Positions 22,881 to 35,600 of a stretch of DNA of 64,000 nucleotides are shown here, one piece after another; the stretch's first letter is position 1, and each line of letters begins with the position of its first letter. The translations under genes were made by a program, and so were the position numbers. The notes below the pieces were generated by a model, which saw only the letters and a list, made by a program, of their open reading frames with translations, was not told the DNA's origin and did no database searches. Source of the stretch: Lama glama (taxonomy: Eukaryota); assembly GCA_028534125.1 (NCBI GenBank), contig CM052849.1, forward strand, positions 372,001-436,000. The letters are read 5' to 3'.

Positions 22881-24295
22881 TCCGTATTTTCATTTTAAAT
22901 AATTAAATCTTGGGTTCTTACAATATGTCACCATTTCTAACCTCTGCATAACGTGTCACAGTGAAAACGGAGCTCGAGGACTCCAGGCTTGTTCAGGAAG
23001 AAGGAAAGCAAAGAACTATCCTTCATTCTTTAAGATAGGTTTTTCATTTAAGCCACCACTCACACCACTTACCCTTGTCACTTGAGTCACCGTGCAGGGC
23101 ACATGCCAGGTCAGGATTTATGAACCCAGGGGGTTGGAATGATAAGCGACCTATAGGGCACTTTCTCCCATGAGGGAGCATCGGAGAGTAACCCGGGGAG
23201 ACAGTGGGTCAGCACTGGAAGCCTCCACCCACTGTGACTCCTTCTGCCTCTACTCCCAGATCCAGGCTGCCAGGGGTCTGCACATCCCCAGCAGGTCCCA
23301 CCTGTCCTGTGCTCAGTGTATCTGGATCTGGGACAGTGTTGGACCCATGGCCAGTGAGTTCCCGAGCAGTGTGTGGGGCTATAAATCTGGAACTTGTGCT
23401 TTCCCCCAGCCTTGCTCCGTCCCATCCAGAGTACCTTGTCTGTCCCCAGCCGCCCCAGGCCCTCTAGTCTCAGGCCCCCAGGTGCCCAGTACAGGGCTAG
23501 GCACAGAGCTGTAGCCCTGGCCTGGGGAGTAGTTCACATGAGCACAGCCCAGCCAGCCCTGCCTGCTCTCCTTATGGGCTTTCCTACATGGACAGGAGTG
23601 CCTGCTGACCAGGTACCAGCCCTCAGTCCTGCTAGGTTAGAGCTGCCCCCCAATCTGGGCTGCATGCCTCCCCCCTGAGGTGGCCCCTCTGATCTCTTCT
23701 CAGTCCCAGGGGTCCCTCTGTACTTCCTAGTTTCTGTGAGGGTGAAGCTGTCTGTGCTGCACAGGGGTTCAGGGTGGGTTCACTGCATCCCCTTCACCCC
23801 AGGAGACAGGCCTAGGGACCACAGGTAGTGGGATCCTGCACCTCCAAGAGGAGCCAAGAACCGTAGCACAGCTGGGTGAGGACACCAGGAATGCCAGAGC
23901 CTCAGCCAGCCCCTCACATCTGCCCTGTGACCTGGGATGGCCTTGGCAGAGGGAGGGAGGGGGCAGAGCTGGGGTGGTGGTCCTGGGGGCAAGTGCTATG
24001 GGATGCCAGGGAGGCTACAAGGGTTCTGGGACCTTCCCTAGCAGTGGCTCAGATTGAGGAGGGCATCTGTCCCTTTGCTACTAGCTTCTATCAAGACTAG
24101 GATGAAGTCTGGGCCCCTATGCAGGAGCCCCGGCATCAGAGAGTAACAGGGAGACATGGGGTGAGGAATTCCTTCCTGGGCCTTTCTGACTGGGAGGGCT
24201 GCCCAGCTCAGCCTGTTTCACAGGTCAGTAAGAGGGGCCCAGAGCTGGTGGGCACTCACATCACCCATGTGGATCCCCCTCCACGCCCCAACCCA

Positions 24296-24298
<3 letters not shown>

Positions 24299-24329
<31 letters not shown>

Positions 24330-24366
24330 TGTGTGTGTGTCTGTGTCTGTCTGTCTGTCTGTCTGT
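24299..24366. repeat. Compound microsatellite (GT)15 grading into (GTCT)n
   Basis: Directly visible. Confidence 0.98.
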
Positions 24367-24446
24367 GAAGCACAGCCCTTCTCACTGCCCCAGTGGACAC
24401 TGAGGGGCCGGCAGTCTCTAGCAAAGCAGCAACCAGCTGAGTGCGG

Positions 24447-24460
24447 CCACCAGAGGGCAC
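24447..24460 (+). promoter_or_regulatory. CTCF core motif
   Basis: CCACCAGAGGGCAC matches the CCACCAGRGGGCRC consensus. Confidence 0.55.
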
Positions 24461-25739
24461 CCGGGACCACCATGCCCGTCAAGACCAGCTCCACCCAGCC
24501 TCCTTCAGCGGTGGGGACGCTTCCTGGGGCACCCGCTGGGAAGCCACAGCTCTGCTTTCTCCAGGCCCTATCTGGGATGGGGAGCTGGAGAGGAACAAGG
24601 GTCGCTGGGGTGAGGCCCTCAGCACCCCAGTGCCCTCACCACCCTGGCGGCCCAAGGGCTGGGTGGCGGGGTGGTGGAGCACAGGCTCCAGCAAGGACAG
24701 TGGAGGAGGGCTCTCCTTCAGGTGTGTGCCCCAGGCGCCTCTCTGGCTCCCATAGGCCATCCTGCCACTATCCAGGGGACCAGGTGAGATCTCTGAGCCA
24801 GCCACTCAGCACAGGGCTGTGCCTCTCTGCCTCAGTGTCATCTGTAAACAGAACAGCGCAACTACAGGGGTGCCTTCTCACAATGTCCGCAGAGTGACCG
24901 GCGGCCTGGGTTTACAGTGGGGCAGCAGGACCAAGGCTCAAGTGCAGGGCAAGCTCTCTGCAGGCCTGCCTGACCCCCACCTGGGCTCCTCATCACCCAC
25001 CAGAGCCCCGAGCCGCCTACCCAGCCCACCCAGCCTGAGCCCCATCCCTCTTCCAGACTTGTGCCCATGGGGGCTTCCTGAAGCCATCAGACATCTGTGG
25101 TCCAAGCTTGCTGTTCTGGCTCTTGGCTGGCCCTTGCAGAGGGCTCCTGCCCCAGTCCGAACACACAGCAGGCTTTCCAAGGCTAGGGGTGGTGGCTCCC
25201 TTGGCCCAAGGCTCTTGGTGCAGGATCCTTGGCCAAGCAGGGGACCTTTGAGCCTGCAGACCAGCTCTGAGAGGGTGTTGAGAAGGGCTACCTAAGACAG
25301 GTACCCCTGCTTTCTCGGCACAAATCCCATCACTGGTTGTACCTTCATATCTCAAGCCTGTCCATCTGTCTGTCCACTGCCCAAGGGCTCTTGCCAGGCT
25401 CTGTCTCCCTACCCCCCACATCCATATGCTTCTGCTGAGACAAGACGCTCTGCGGACGGAGACCCTGCCACAGGTCCTATCACCACCCTGCATGCCCCAG
25501 ACCCTCCCAGTCCCCTGTTCCCACCCTCCTCCTCCTGCAGGAAGCTCCTTCTGGCCCCCTCCCTGCTGCAGCCCTGCAGATACCCTCCCCTCAACCCCCG
25601 CCACTTACTGGTGTTGACTACTGTCCCTCCTCTGCATTTGTGGAGTTCTGGGCCTGCTGGAGTCCCACAAGGTGGAAGCCACATTCTTCCCTTGGGCGCA
25701 CATCCCCATCTGGGTGAGTGAATAGTGGGGTCCTAGGGG

Positions 25740-25815
25740 CAGGAAGACCTGAGTTCGAATCCTGGCCCAGTGCTTCCTTGCCTGGACCCAGTTTCCCCAT
25801 CTGTAAAATGGGGTG
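25740..25815 (+). mobile_element. MIR SINE fragment
   Basis: agacctgagttcgaatcctggc...cagtttccccatctgtaaaatgggg. Confidence 0.75.
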
Positions 25816-26958
25816 TTAGGCTGACCCCAGGCTCCTAGTGAGAGTCACTGAGATGATGGGGTATAGCCAACACTGGGGAGAGGCTGGCGGTTATCAGGAC
25901 TGCTAATAAAGGCACGTAGTTCTGCGTGGGACGAGATCTATGTGAACACTTAAGCCAAAATGTGAGGTGTCCCAGAAACATATTCTGAGCCAAAGCTGAT
26001 TCCTGAGCCGCAGACCTCAGGCTCAGAGCGACAGCTGCTGCCTTGGGTGGAAAGGCGCAGTGGGCTGCAGACTCCCAACCACACCCCCCCAGCCCCCGAT
26101 GCACACGCACACTCCCAGCCTCGGGGGAGGGGGTCTTTCTTGCCTTTGGCCCAGGACCTGATTTCTCCCCATGATCCCACCCTGACTTCAAGGCCCTCCC
26201 CTCAGGCCCCCAAATGAGCCACGTCCACAAAGGAAGACTGGACTGAGGCTTGGAACAATCTGGAAAACACTGGAGAGCCAAGGGGAGAGAGCCCCCACCC
26301 CTGCAATCTCCCGGAGATGGCCTCCCAGCCTCAGCCCAGACCCTCCCGCCTGTCTGTGCTGCTGTGTTTCATTTTAACGAGGCTAACTTGGCGATGTCCC
26401 CAGGCCTAGATACCAGGAGAGGGGACGTGTCCCCAGGCCATCAGCCATGACAGGAAGCCTCGTGGTCCTCAGTCCCAGGGCTGGGAGGCGGGCTGCTGGC
26501 CAAGGAGGGACACAGAGCAGGGCTGGCCTCTGGAGATGCAGGCAGCCTGTCCTCTGGGCAGGTGGGGGGCAGACTTCTGGGGGCCATGACCACCTGCCCA
26601 GGCCGACGGCACCCTGGTGTAAGAGTTTATCACAATGGAGCACACCCAACCTTCTGGAAGGGGGAAAGACGTTATGGTCAGCTCACAGCTCTGAGCAGTC
26701 AGGGTTTTGAAGTATAGTTAACAGCATCAGAAATGCCCAGGAGGGACTCTGGCAGCCGATGCAAATTGCAGACATGATGGTGCCAGTGGGTTGGGGACAG
26801 GTGAGCACACATCATTGGGTGGGAGCGTGTCTGTGTCCAGGGCACCATGGGACGCCCTCGGGTCAGGGAGAATAGTGCCTAGCTGGGGATCTGGCCTCAT
26901 CTAGAAGAGACTTAGCCCTGCAGGTTGGCCTCACCAGGTACCCTCTGGTTCCCTGCAG

Positions 26959-27012
26959 GACGTGGAGCGGGCAGGATGGGTGTCCAGACATGCTGATCTC
27001 ACCTCAAGACAG
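26959..27012 (+). other. ARVCF: Probable ARVCF 5'-UTR exon 2 (54 nt)
   Basis: Pyrimidine tract plus ccctgcag| acceptor, CAG|gtaggt donor; size and position fit my recollection of human non-coding exon 2. Confidence 0.65.
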
Positions 27013-28599
27013 GTAGGTGACCTGAGCTTGGCCTGGACGTCCAGCCCCTCCTCACACACAGGTGGTGGGCCGGGCAGTGTGGTCCACGGAGGGAAGGCCC
27101 TGAGTGGTGTGTGCTTCAGGTCAGCCTCACCATGGGTGGGCACAGCACCCTGGGCTGGCAGGGCTGGACCTGGGCCTTCCTGCCACACCTGCTTGTATTC
27201 ACTGGGGCCTGGGTGTGGGGACAGCAGACACTGGTTGGACGCCTGGCTTGAGGGATGAGCTTGTGGTGGGGGCAGCCCACTTGGACGTTCGCTGGGGCTG
27301 ATCCACACCTTCCTTGACCTGGACACCTGGTGTCACACAACCTCTCAGCTCAGGGTGGTCCCTGCTGCCCTGGGGAGGCTGGAGTCTCCAGTGGGGACAG
27401 GTGATGGGCCTACATGCCAGGTACCAGGAGGAGGGCACTGAGGCCAGGAGGAGGCTTTGTCTGAAAGGGCCAAATAGTAACTAGTTAGTTCTGTGGGCCC
27501 TGTGGTCTCTGGCGCACACGGCCACATTAGTTCATGGCGTGGGGGGAGCAGCCATGAACAACATGTAACCGAGGGGCTGTGACTTCTCTGACCATAGCCA
27601 GGGCCCTGGGTGCTGGCCCCACCCTGTGGGCTCCTCTGCTGATCACAGCGCCAGCAGCACTGAGGTCTGGTGCCTGGGAAGTGTGGCATGGACATAGGCT
27701 GAGTGGTGCTTGTGTCCCCTGGGACCTTATGTGGGGGGCAGTATGCCCGCTGGCCCTGGCTGTCAGTTTGCTGCGATGCCTGATTTGCAGAATGTGGTGG
27801 CTTCCCCAGTCCCGTCCTCTGCCCCTGCCCTACCTGACACCGTCTCCTCGGGGGGCTCGGCATCCCTGAGCATCCAGTGTGGAGGGCCTGCCCCTGCCTG
27901 TGCCGCACTTGGGTGGTGGCAAGAAGGCAGTGGCCACAGACTCAGGAGCCTCCAGATGCCTGAGTGTCCTATGTCCAGGGCTCTGAGACAGAGCAGAGGG
28001 CCAGGGGCCACACTCCTTCCTGTCTGTTCCCTGTTCCTCCCTCCCTGCCTTGTGGTCCTGGTTTCCTCTGTTTCACTCTGGGCCCCTCTCTCTCCTGTCT
28101 CTGGCCTGCCCTCGTATCTGCCGTGGGCATCAGAGGGACCATCTCTGCTCTGCCCACACCGAGGGGCGTGGAGAGGGGGCCTTGGGACTGAGTTGGTTCC
28201 AGGGCAGACAGGAAGCCCCCATGTGTCTCCATACCCACCTCTGGCCATTTAGCACCTGCCCAGACCTTGTGACCGCATTAGGCCGAGCTCCCCACCCCAC
28301 CCTGTGGAGTCCCCTGCCTGGCTGAGAGGGCAGCACACAGAGAGAAGTGCTGGTGTGGACTGAAGGACAGGGACGAAGGCGGGGCTCCCCTAGAAGGGGG
28401 AGCCAGGAGGAAGCGGGGGGTCACTGAGCTCGGCTGCACCTCTGAGGCCCACACGGGGCTTCCCAGGGCCGCGTTCCTGCGTCAGGGCAGCCGTGAGTTC
28501 TTCCTTGACTGATGGCGGCTGTGGGCTCTTTTCGGCCCTTTAATTTTTGCTCATGACGGGGGTCGTGTCCAGAGATGTTCCATGTTTTGTGCTGGAATC

Positions 28600-28830
28600 T
28601 GGAGTTTTTCTTCTTCTAGTCCTTCCACACATGCCCTCCTGCCACATGGCTGGGTAAGTGCACCTCTGTCTTTTCTGCAGGTGTTTCCACGTTAGCGTTT
28701 ACACTTGGGGGCTCACCCATCTAGAATTTACTGATGTGAACGTGAGGTGAGGGTTGAACTTTCTTTTTGTGGTTGTATCTGAACTATTCTTGACTGACGT
28801 TTTCTGTCACCAGAAACAGGAGATGTGACA
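28600..28830 (-). mobile_element. Decayed antisense LINE-1 fragment
   Basis: T-rich stretch with reverse L1 ORF2-like text (ccatctagaatttactgatgtgaacgtgaggtgagggttgaactttcttttt). Confidence 0.5.
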
Positions 28831-31800
28831 TTCTGTGTCCTCAGGTTCAAGGTCCCTGTAGCGGTCGCCCGCGGCCCCATTAAAAAGATGGTGTCAGGGC
28901 CTCCCCTTGGCCAGTCTCTGTTCTCGGAGGTCGCGGTCGTCCTGCGCACTGAGTCTGCAGGCTCGTGCCTGTCCATGCCGATGGGGCCTCCTCCCCGGGA
29001 CTCAGTGTGCAGGCCCACGCACATCCTGCCCTGGTTTCCCTGAGCCTCACAGTCTGTCGGAGCATCTTTGGTTACTGAGAACAGTAACCAAAGGGAGGCC
29101 CCTCAGAGTGATCCAGGCCCCTCTTTGGCATCCGGCTTGTGAACACACAGCAACCTATGAGGGGATGTCCCTGCGCCACCCTGCAGGGAGGGCGTGGATC
29201 TCCTGATGTGGCGTCATGGGCTGTCCCACGCAGCTGTCCCTGGCCCAAGTGGCTGTGTCATGCTGCAGGGGGCGAACAGGTACCACCAGGCTGGGTATGT
29301 GCACATGTCCTGTTTGTGTCTCTGCCTGGGGCTGGCGGCCCACTCTGCCTGCCTTGTGGTGATCTTGCCTGCTTTGCTGGCCGGCCGCCTTCTCGGCTGT
29401 GAGCGACTCTCAGCCAGGCATCCTGGGGCCTCTATGATTGGACTCTTGGGTCATCCTCCTGTGGGCTCAGCGTGAGAGGCAGGAGCCACAGCCCCACGGA
29501 AGCCCCAAGCCCCTTCCCGCCCGCAGCCCGTGCTGCTCCGCTGGGGCAGGAAGAGGAACATTCCCCCAGGCAGGCCTCAGGCTTGGACCTGGCCCTGCGG
29601 GCTGCACTCAGGGCTCAGTGCAGGGGCGCTCTGTGCCCTGGTGACTCACGGCCGGTGGCATGGCTATGCAGCAGGGCCAGCCACGCTGGGCAGTCTCTGC
29701 AGGCCCACAGCGGCCGTCTGGTGTGTTGACCCTGGCCACCAGCCTCATTGCACCCCTCAGCTCTTCCCTGGGGCCTCTAGCGGCCACTGCAGCCACAGTC
29801 AGCATCAGGCTGTTCCCCGGCTCTGCTTCGTCCCCTGCCTGGGCTGTCACCTGGGCGGTTGGGCTGCTAAGTGGCCTTTCGCCGGGCCCTGGGCGTCCAT
29901 CCCCTGTTGCAGCATGGCCCTCAGCTGGGGCGCCTGGCATCGTCAGCCCATCCCTGCGAGTTAGGTCCTGTGCTGGGGGGACGCCCGAGGCCCCCCTTCT
30001 CTCACCAGTGTCGGGTTGGGGAGGAGGCACCCCACCCCCCAGCACATCTTGCCAGCTTGACGCTTGCAATTGATGGGTTTGGTATTTCAAACATGCCTTT
30101 AGTTAAACTTTTCCTTTTCCAAGTGCTTTCACTCTCTGTGGAACCCTAATTAGGCCACCATCCGTCTGAATGTACTTGCTGCTCTCTGCATTTTGCAGGG
30201 TAACGAGACCTGCCCTTCACTCTGTGCCCTGGAGGGCGGTTCAGGGGCCCCTGGGCCACAGTGCTGGGGGGACACCGAGGTTACAGGTGGGGACACTGAG
30301 GCCTGGGGGACAAATCATCTCTGAAAGTCCCGGAACCTCCAGCGATGTTTCCTTAAGGAAGTCCAGAGCTGGGCTTAACTCTTGCAGGCTCTCAGGTGAA
30401 GCGGGGAAGTGAGGCATCCTGTTAAAAGAGCTGCCAGCTGTTCCTTGTGTAGAAGAGCGCCTACAGCCCAAGCGGCGAAGGGTGGGGCGGCAGGTTGCTG
30501 TGGATGGACGACACCCAGCCCCTCCGGGATGTGGACAGCCCGGCGGGCAGCAGGGTTCAGACCTCAGTGTGGCCAGGTCTCAGCTGCTTTCCGGGCAGAA
30601 AGCTCGGGTTCCAAGGCAGCGCTCACAGCCCTGCGAGAGGCCTTCGCTGTTGAGGGCAGTTCCCGGCGTTTCCTGTGTCCTGTCTGTCTCCCTGAGGGAA
30701 TTCCTGTCCTGGGGGATCCATTCTCCTCCACTCCTGCCTTCCCGCTTTTGGTGGCTTTCTACCCTTTTCTGCGGGTTGGGCCAGACTGCCGTGGGTTTGG
30801 TCTGCTGCCCCGCAGAGCGTCCAGGCTGCCGTGTTTGCCTCTCAGCCCCCGCAACCCTCCATGTTCAGCTCACCCTTCTCCTCATGCTTTGTTCCCAGCT
30901 CACCCACTCAGTGCCGGCTCTAACCTCTTGAGGATACATATCAGCTGTTCCCTGACATTCGTGCCAATAAACGGCAGCTCTCCCGGGTCCCCCAAGGGCA
31001 GCAGGTTCTTCCTTGGGAACTGGGCTCCGGGGCAGGTCTGTGCAGGCTGGGGGCTTCTGTCCAGGGTCCTGGCCGTGTCCCCCCCCCCATCACACAGAGA
31101 CCACCATGTGGACCGGAAGTTGGGCACTGCAGCTGTGGAGTCAGGGGCCTCCCTGGTCTCAGAGGTCTCGGTGGGGCAGCCTTGCCAGGTGTCCAGGACA
31201 GTGCAGCGTCTGCCCCGGGCGCTGACCCTCCAGGAGCCCTATTCCTACCTCTCCCACTACAGGGACCTGTCAGGACTTTCAGGACACCCACCACCATTTT
31301 CTGGGGTAGGTGAAACCCCAGAGTGTGGCCGGGCGTGGGGTGCCCGTGGAGATGTGTGTGGGTGGCTGCATGTGTGTGCCTTCGGGTGGGATTTAGGAGG
31401 TCAGGAAATGGTCGGCGTGCCTGCTGCAGCGTTCCCACTTCCCTTTGGCGGTAGCTGGGCACAAAGGCAGGCCCAGCTCCCAGCAGGCTCTCCTGGTGTG
31501 GGTTGGGGAAAGCAGGCAGGGACACTGCCAGGCCCAAGTCTGCACTGGGTGGGGGTAGGGTGGAGCCCCCTGCCCGGTCCCACTGGGTTATTTGCATATA
31601 AAAGGCGGGACTTTGCTGTCTGCTGGAGGCTGGTGGTGTCTGGACCTGTTGCTATGGGCACTCCTGGCTTCTGGAGGCCCAAGCTGGCTCCCAGGCAAGG
31701 GAAGCGGTCAGGAACAGAGGGATTGGTGCCCAGTTCAGCTTCTGGGAGGGAGTGGGAGGCCCTAGGAGCCTGGGAGGAGCCACTGCTGGCTGGAGGCCAC

Positions 31801-34800
31801 ATGGGACCCTGGGCAGGGGCAGACCAGAGGGGAGCTGGCCCTGTGATGCTGTGGGCCGGGAGGGAGGCTGGAAGGGCCCGGAACCTCCTTCCCCAGGACA
31901 TGCTCTGGTCTCTCACCCACACTCACCTTTGATCCATCCAGGGACAGGTGGCCACAGCCACCCTGCCTCTGCCCATGGCAGCTGGAGGGTCTTCCTGACA
32001 CCTGTCACCCCCCTGGGCTTGGGCACTGTGCCCACAGGGAGTCTCCCTGCTTGGGCCCCAGTGTGTTCCCGACCAGGGAACAAGTGACCAGTTTCCCACT
32101 TACCAGGGAACCTCCTTCTGGACAGCGAGGCCGCGGGCTGTCTCTGTTGGGAGCCCCTCCCCCAGGGCTGTGGGAGGTGACCCTCTATTGCTGACCACGG
32201 TCTGTGCAGGCAGGTCCCTGTGCCCAGAAGTGTCAGCAGCTCCCAGGAATGCCGGTGGGGAGCAGGCGGGAGGGGGAGGGGGGCCCTGCAGGGTGCAGGG
32301 GCCCTTGCCTGCTGACCATGGGGGGTGCTGCTGTGGCAAGGTTGGCCCCTTGACAGCCCCCCGGGCCCTGCATGGATCTGCCCACAAAAGGCTAGATCTC
32401 TCCTGGGGCCCCTCTGCCCCATGCTGCTGCCCGGGGGCCATGACCCCCACTCTGGGGGCTCGGGTAACAAAGCTCCAGTGGGTCAGACGGAGGTCACTGG
32501 GAGGGCTGCCCGGGCAGGGCGCCCAGCATGTCGGGGCGCTGCCAAGTGCATGGTCAGCAGTGGCAGGACCCGCAGACTGGGACAGGGGGGGCTCAGGGAT
32601 GGGGTGAGCTTCCCTGACCACAAGGCGGGGGTGTTAATGGGGCAATGCGCTGGGGTAAAAGAGGCGGCTTTGCACTGAGTCCCTGTCACCATGCTCAGGA
32701 CCCACATTGCCCTCGGGGTCCCATCTCCCCACCCCTGAAGCAAGCCAGGCTGTAGAGAGTTTCCCTCTTGTCCAAGTCTGTCCCCAGGTGGTGGCTGCAG
32801 CAAGGCTGTCCCAGGCCACCCAGCTGGGCAGCTGCATTCCTCCAGGGCAGGGGGGCAGAGAGGGGAGCCCCTGTGACAGGGAAGGCTGTGAGTGGGCTGG
32901 GCTCAGACGCGAGGGCAGTCCCCCAGCAGACCTGGTCCCCAGCCCCCACTGTCTGACCCGCCAGCCCACTGAAGTCTCCCTGTGCCGCTTCCCGCTGGGT
33001 CCCCAGCCCGGTTTCCCATCGGCAGGGAGTTTCCCCCGCAGCCAGTGCCTCTTCCACTTGTCCAGACTGAGCTGGTTCTTGTCAAAACCGTGGGAAGACC
33101 CTGGGACGTCCCCAGGCCTCCGCAGACAACCTCCCCTGGGGGCCCTGGCTCATCCCAGGGACACTTCCATGGAAGCCAGGCAGGTGGTACCTGGGATCAG
33201 GGTCTCAGCCCCTAACCACCAGGCTGTCCTGCTTCAGCTTCCTTGGTTCTGCCACCTTGGTGGGGGCTGGGCTGAGGAGCCCTGCCTTACCCCCCAGAGA
33301 CTTACTGGCCACAGACTCCCAGGGGCTGAACCCCACCGCCCCTCAAAGGGGCTTTGTGCCACCACAAAGAGGCTCTGTCCCTCCCAGAGAAGCTTGGGTG
33401 TTGCCATGGTGACAGAGGGAGCCTGGGAAGAAGGGGTCCAGCGTCTTGAGGAGAAAGGGTGTTCCTTTCTTGGTGCACACAGGCCGGTGGCCCTTGGCCC
33501 GGCCAGATAACTGGCCCGGCTGTGCTTCTGTGGGGCCCTCAGGGGCTCATGGGCCTCTTGGCTCCTTCCTGGATAGGTAGGACCTGGGCTCTCGGGCCCT
33601 GGTGCCAGGTGGATCCACTGGGTTTGGCCCCAGCCTGGCTGTGAGCCTCAGGCCCCTCCCCAGGAATGCCTCATGTGCCCTCCCTAGAGTGCGGTGGGGC
33701 GGGGCTCTGAGCCTGGGCCCCTAGAACTCCCCACATGTTGCTCTGCTGTCCCCGAGGTAGAATGGGGGGCCGGGGTGGCCACGTTCCTAGGAGCAGCCTG
33801 GAGGAGGCAGCGGGCCAGCCCACCCCACGTAGTGGGTCCTCTTACCCCCACAAGCTCCCCTCTCATGGTCTGGCTGGAGCAGGTGGGCTGCTTGTGCCAC
33901 CAGAGAGCTCTGTGACTGCCAGCCCCAGTTCTCCCTGCTGGAGCCCTTGGGGTGCCCCTGGGCTGGCTGCTGCAGAGACCACAGAGGAGGTGGGTCCTCC
34001 CTGCCCAGACCCCACACTTGGAGCCTGCTGGGCATCGCCCATGGGCTGCGGCTGCAGCTGGAATCTGGGTCAGGTGCAGGAGGGGCAGCGAGGAGGCTGC
34101 CGGGAGTCCCAGCCTAGGGCCTGGAGGACTGCTGTCCATCCCCATCCCACGAATCTGCCCAGAAAGGTGGGCCCCAGGGAACCCAGGCATACCCAGAAGA
34201 CGGGTATGCCGCAGTCAGCAGAGGGAGAAAGAGTCTGTGATCTGCCCCAGCAGAAATCTCAAACGGAGACCCTTTATGGGCCAATGGTGGCGCAGGCCTC
34301 CCCCTGGAGAGGGGCCGCAGCTGGGATGCTCATCTCCACCCAGCCCACCCTTCCGCCAGGGTGAGGCCTGCCTTTGCCGTATTCAGCCTGCAGGTCCCTG
34401 GGTGCTCCCTGGCCCCGGACCCAGGCTCTTGGCTCCCCAGACTTCAGGCTCCATGGGCCCCAGACGTGTCCCTGCCTTGACCTGACCCTGAGCCTCCTGC
34501 ATCAGCACCCCACAGCCCCTGGTCCCCCTGGACCACCAGTCTAGCAGCCCCCTGCCCTGGGGCTGATCAGGGCTGCCTTGGACATGGCTCACCCTTGGCC
34601 TAGGGGGCCCCAGCAGTGCAGGGCAGGAGCCCTTTGGGAAAACAAACCGTACCGCCCCTGCACAGGACAGTCATCCTCTCTGTGGTCAGCGAGTGCTGCT
34701 GGGAGTCCATGGGAACAGTTTGGGGGCAGGAGGGGGTCACTGAGTGACCACTTCTGTCCATCCCCCACCTCCACGGTGTCTGATCCAGGTGCTACAGGGG

Positions 34801-35199
34801 TCCCTCTTGCGCTGGGGAATTCTCATTTCCAGGCTGAATTCAATTACAGTTCTCCCAGCTCTGTGAAACCCTGCTGCTCCCCTCTGGTGGCAATGGCACC
34901 ACCCAGGCCCCTGGGAGAGTTTCCTGGCCTCACAGTCCCTTGCCTGGCCTGCTGGGCAGATGTCTGCTCTCCCGTGTCACCTACATTCTGGCTACAGCAG
35001 TAGCTCGTGCAGCTAGAACACTGGCATGTGCAGAACCCTGGACCTGCTGCAGCCTGAAGGCTGGGGCCCTCCACCCAGAGCACTGCTGCGCGGCCACACC
35101 CTCCTTCCACTCTGTGTGTGTGACACACGTGTGCGTGCATACATGTTGACTCTTTCCACACTCATCCTTTGCACCTCACCCTCTGGACCACACACCTTG

Positions 35200-35600
35200 C
35201 TTATGACCTTTGCCCACCTAGAGTTGGGGTTTGGTTTTTCCTACTGACTCGTAAGAGCACTTTATAGATGAAGGATGTCACTTTTCTGCCAGATACTGTA
35301 AAGAATTGATCCCAGTGTGTTGATGGTATTTTGTTTTTTTTGTCTTTTTCTCCTACTTTCCATCATGGAAAATTATAAATGTACAACAGTAGAGTAGTGT
35401 GACGTGTGCCCACGTGCCAGCAGGCTCCTGTGGTCGGAGTCGAGTCTAGAGGTGCGGTCACGCTTGTCTTTCGTCTGAAGCGCTCGCTCCATGTGAAAAG
35501 CAGAAGCCACGACCACAACATGTGGTCCTTTTGGGATGTTCAGAAATATTTCATTCTCACAGAGGCGATCTGGCCCTTTTTCCTTGGCGGTTTCTTCCAC
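35200..35600 (-). mobile_element. Decayed antisense LINE-1 (L1ME-like) fragments
   Basis: AT-rich island; cctttgccca...tttttcctactgactcgtaagagcactttatagatgaaggat is typical of reverse L1. Confidence 0.55.

Noticed and set aside
21288-22906. Several overlapping 250-390 aa ORFs on both strands (also 40744-41724)
   Set aside because: CpG-island artefacts; stop codons are rare at this GC content.
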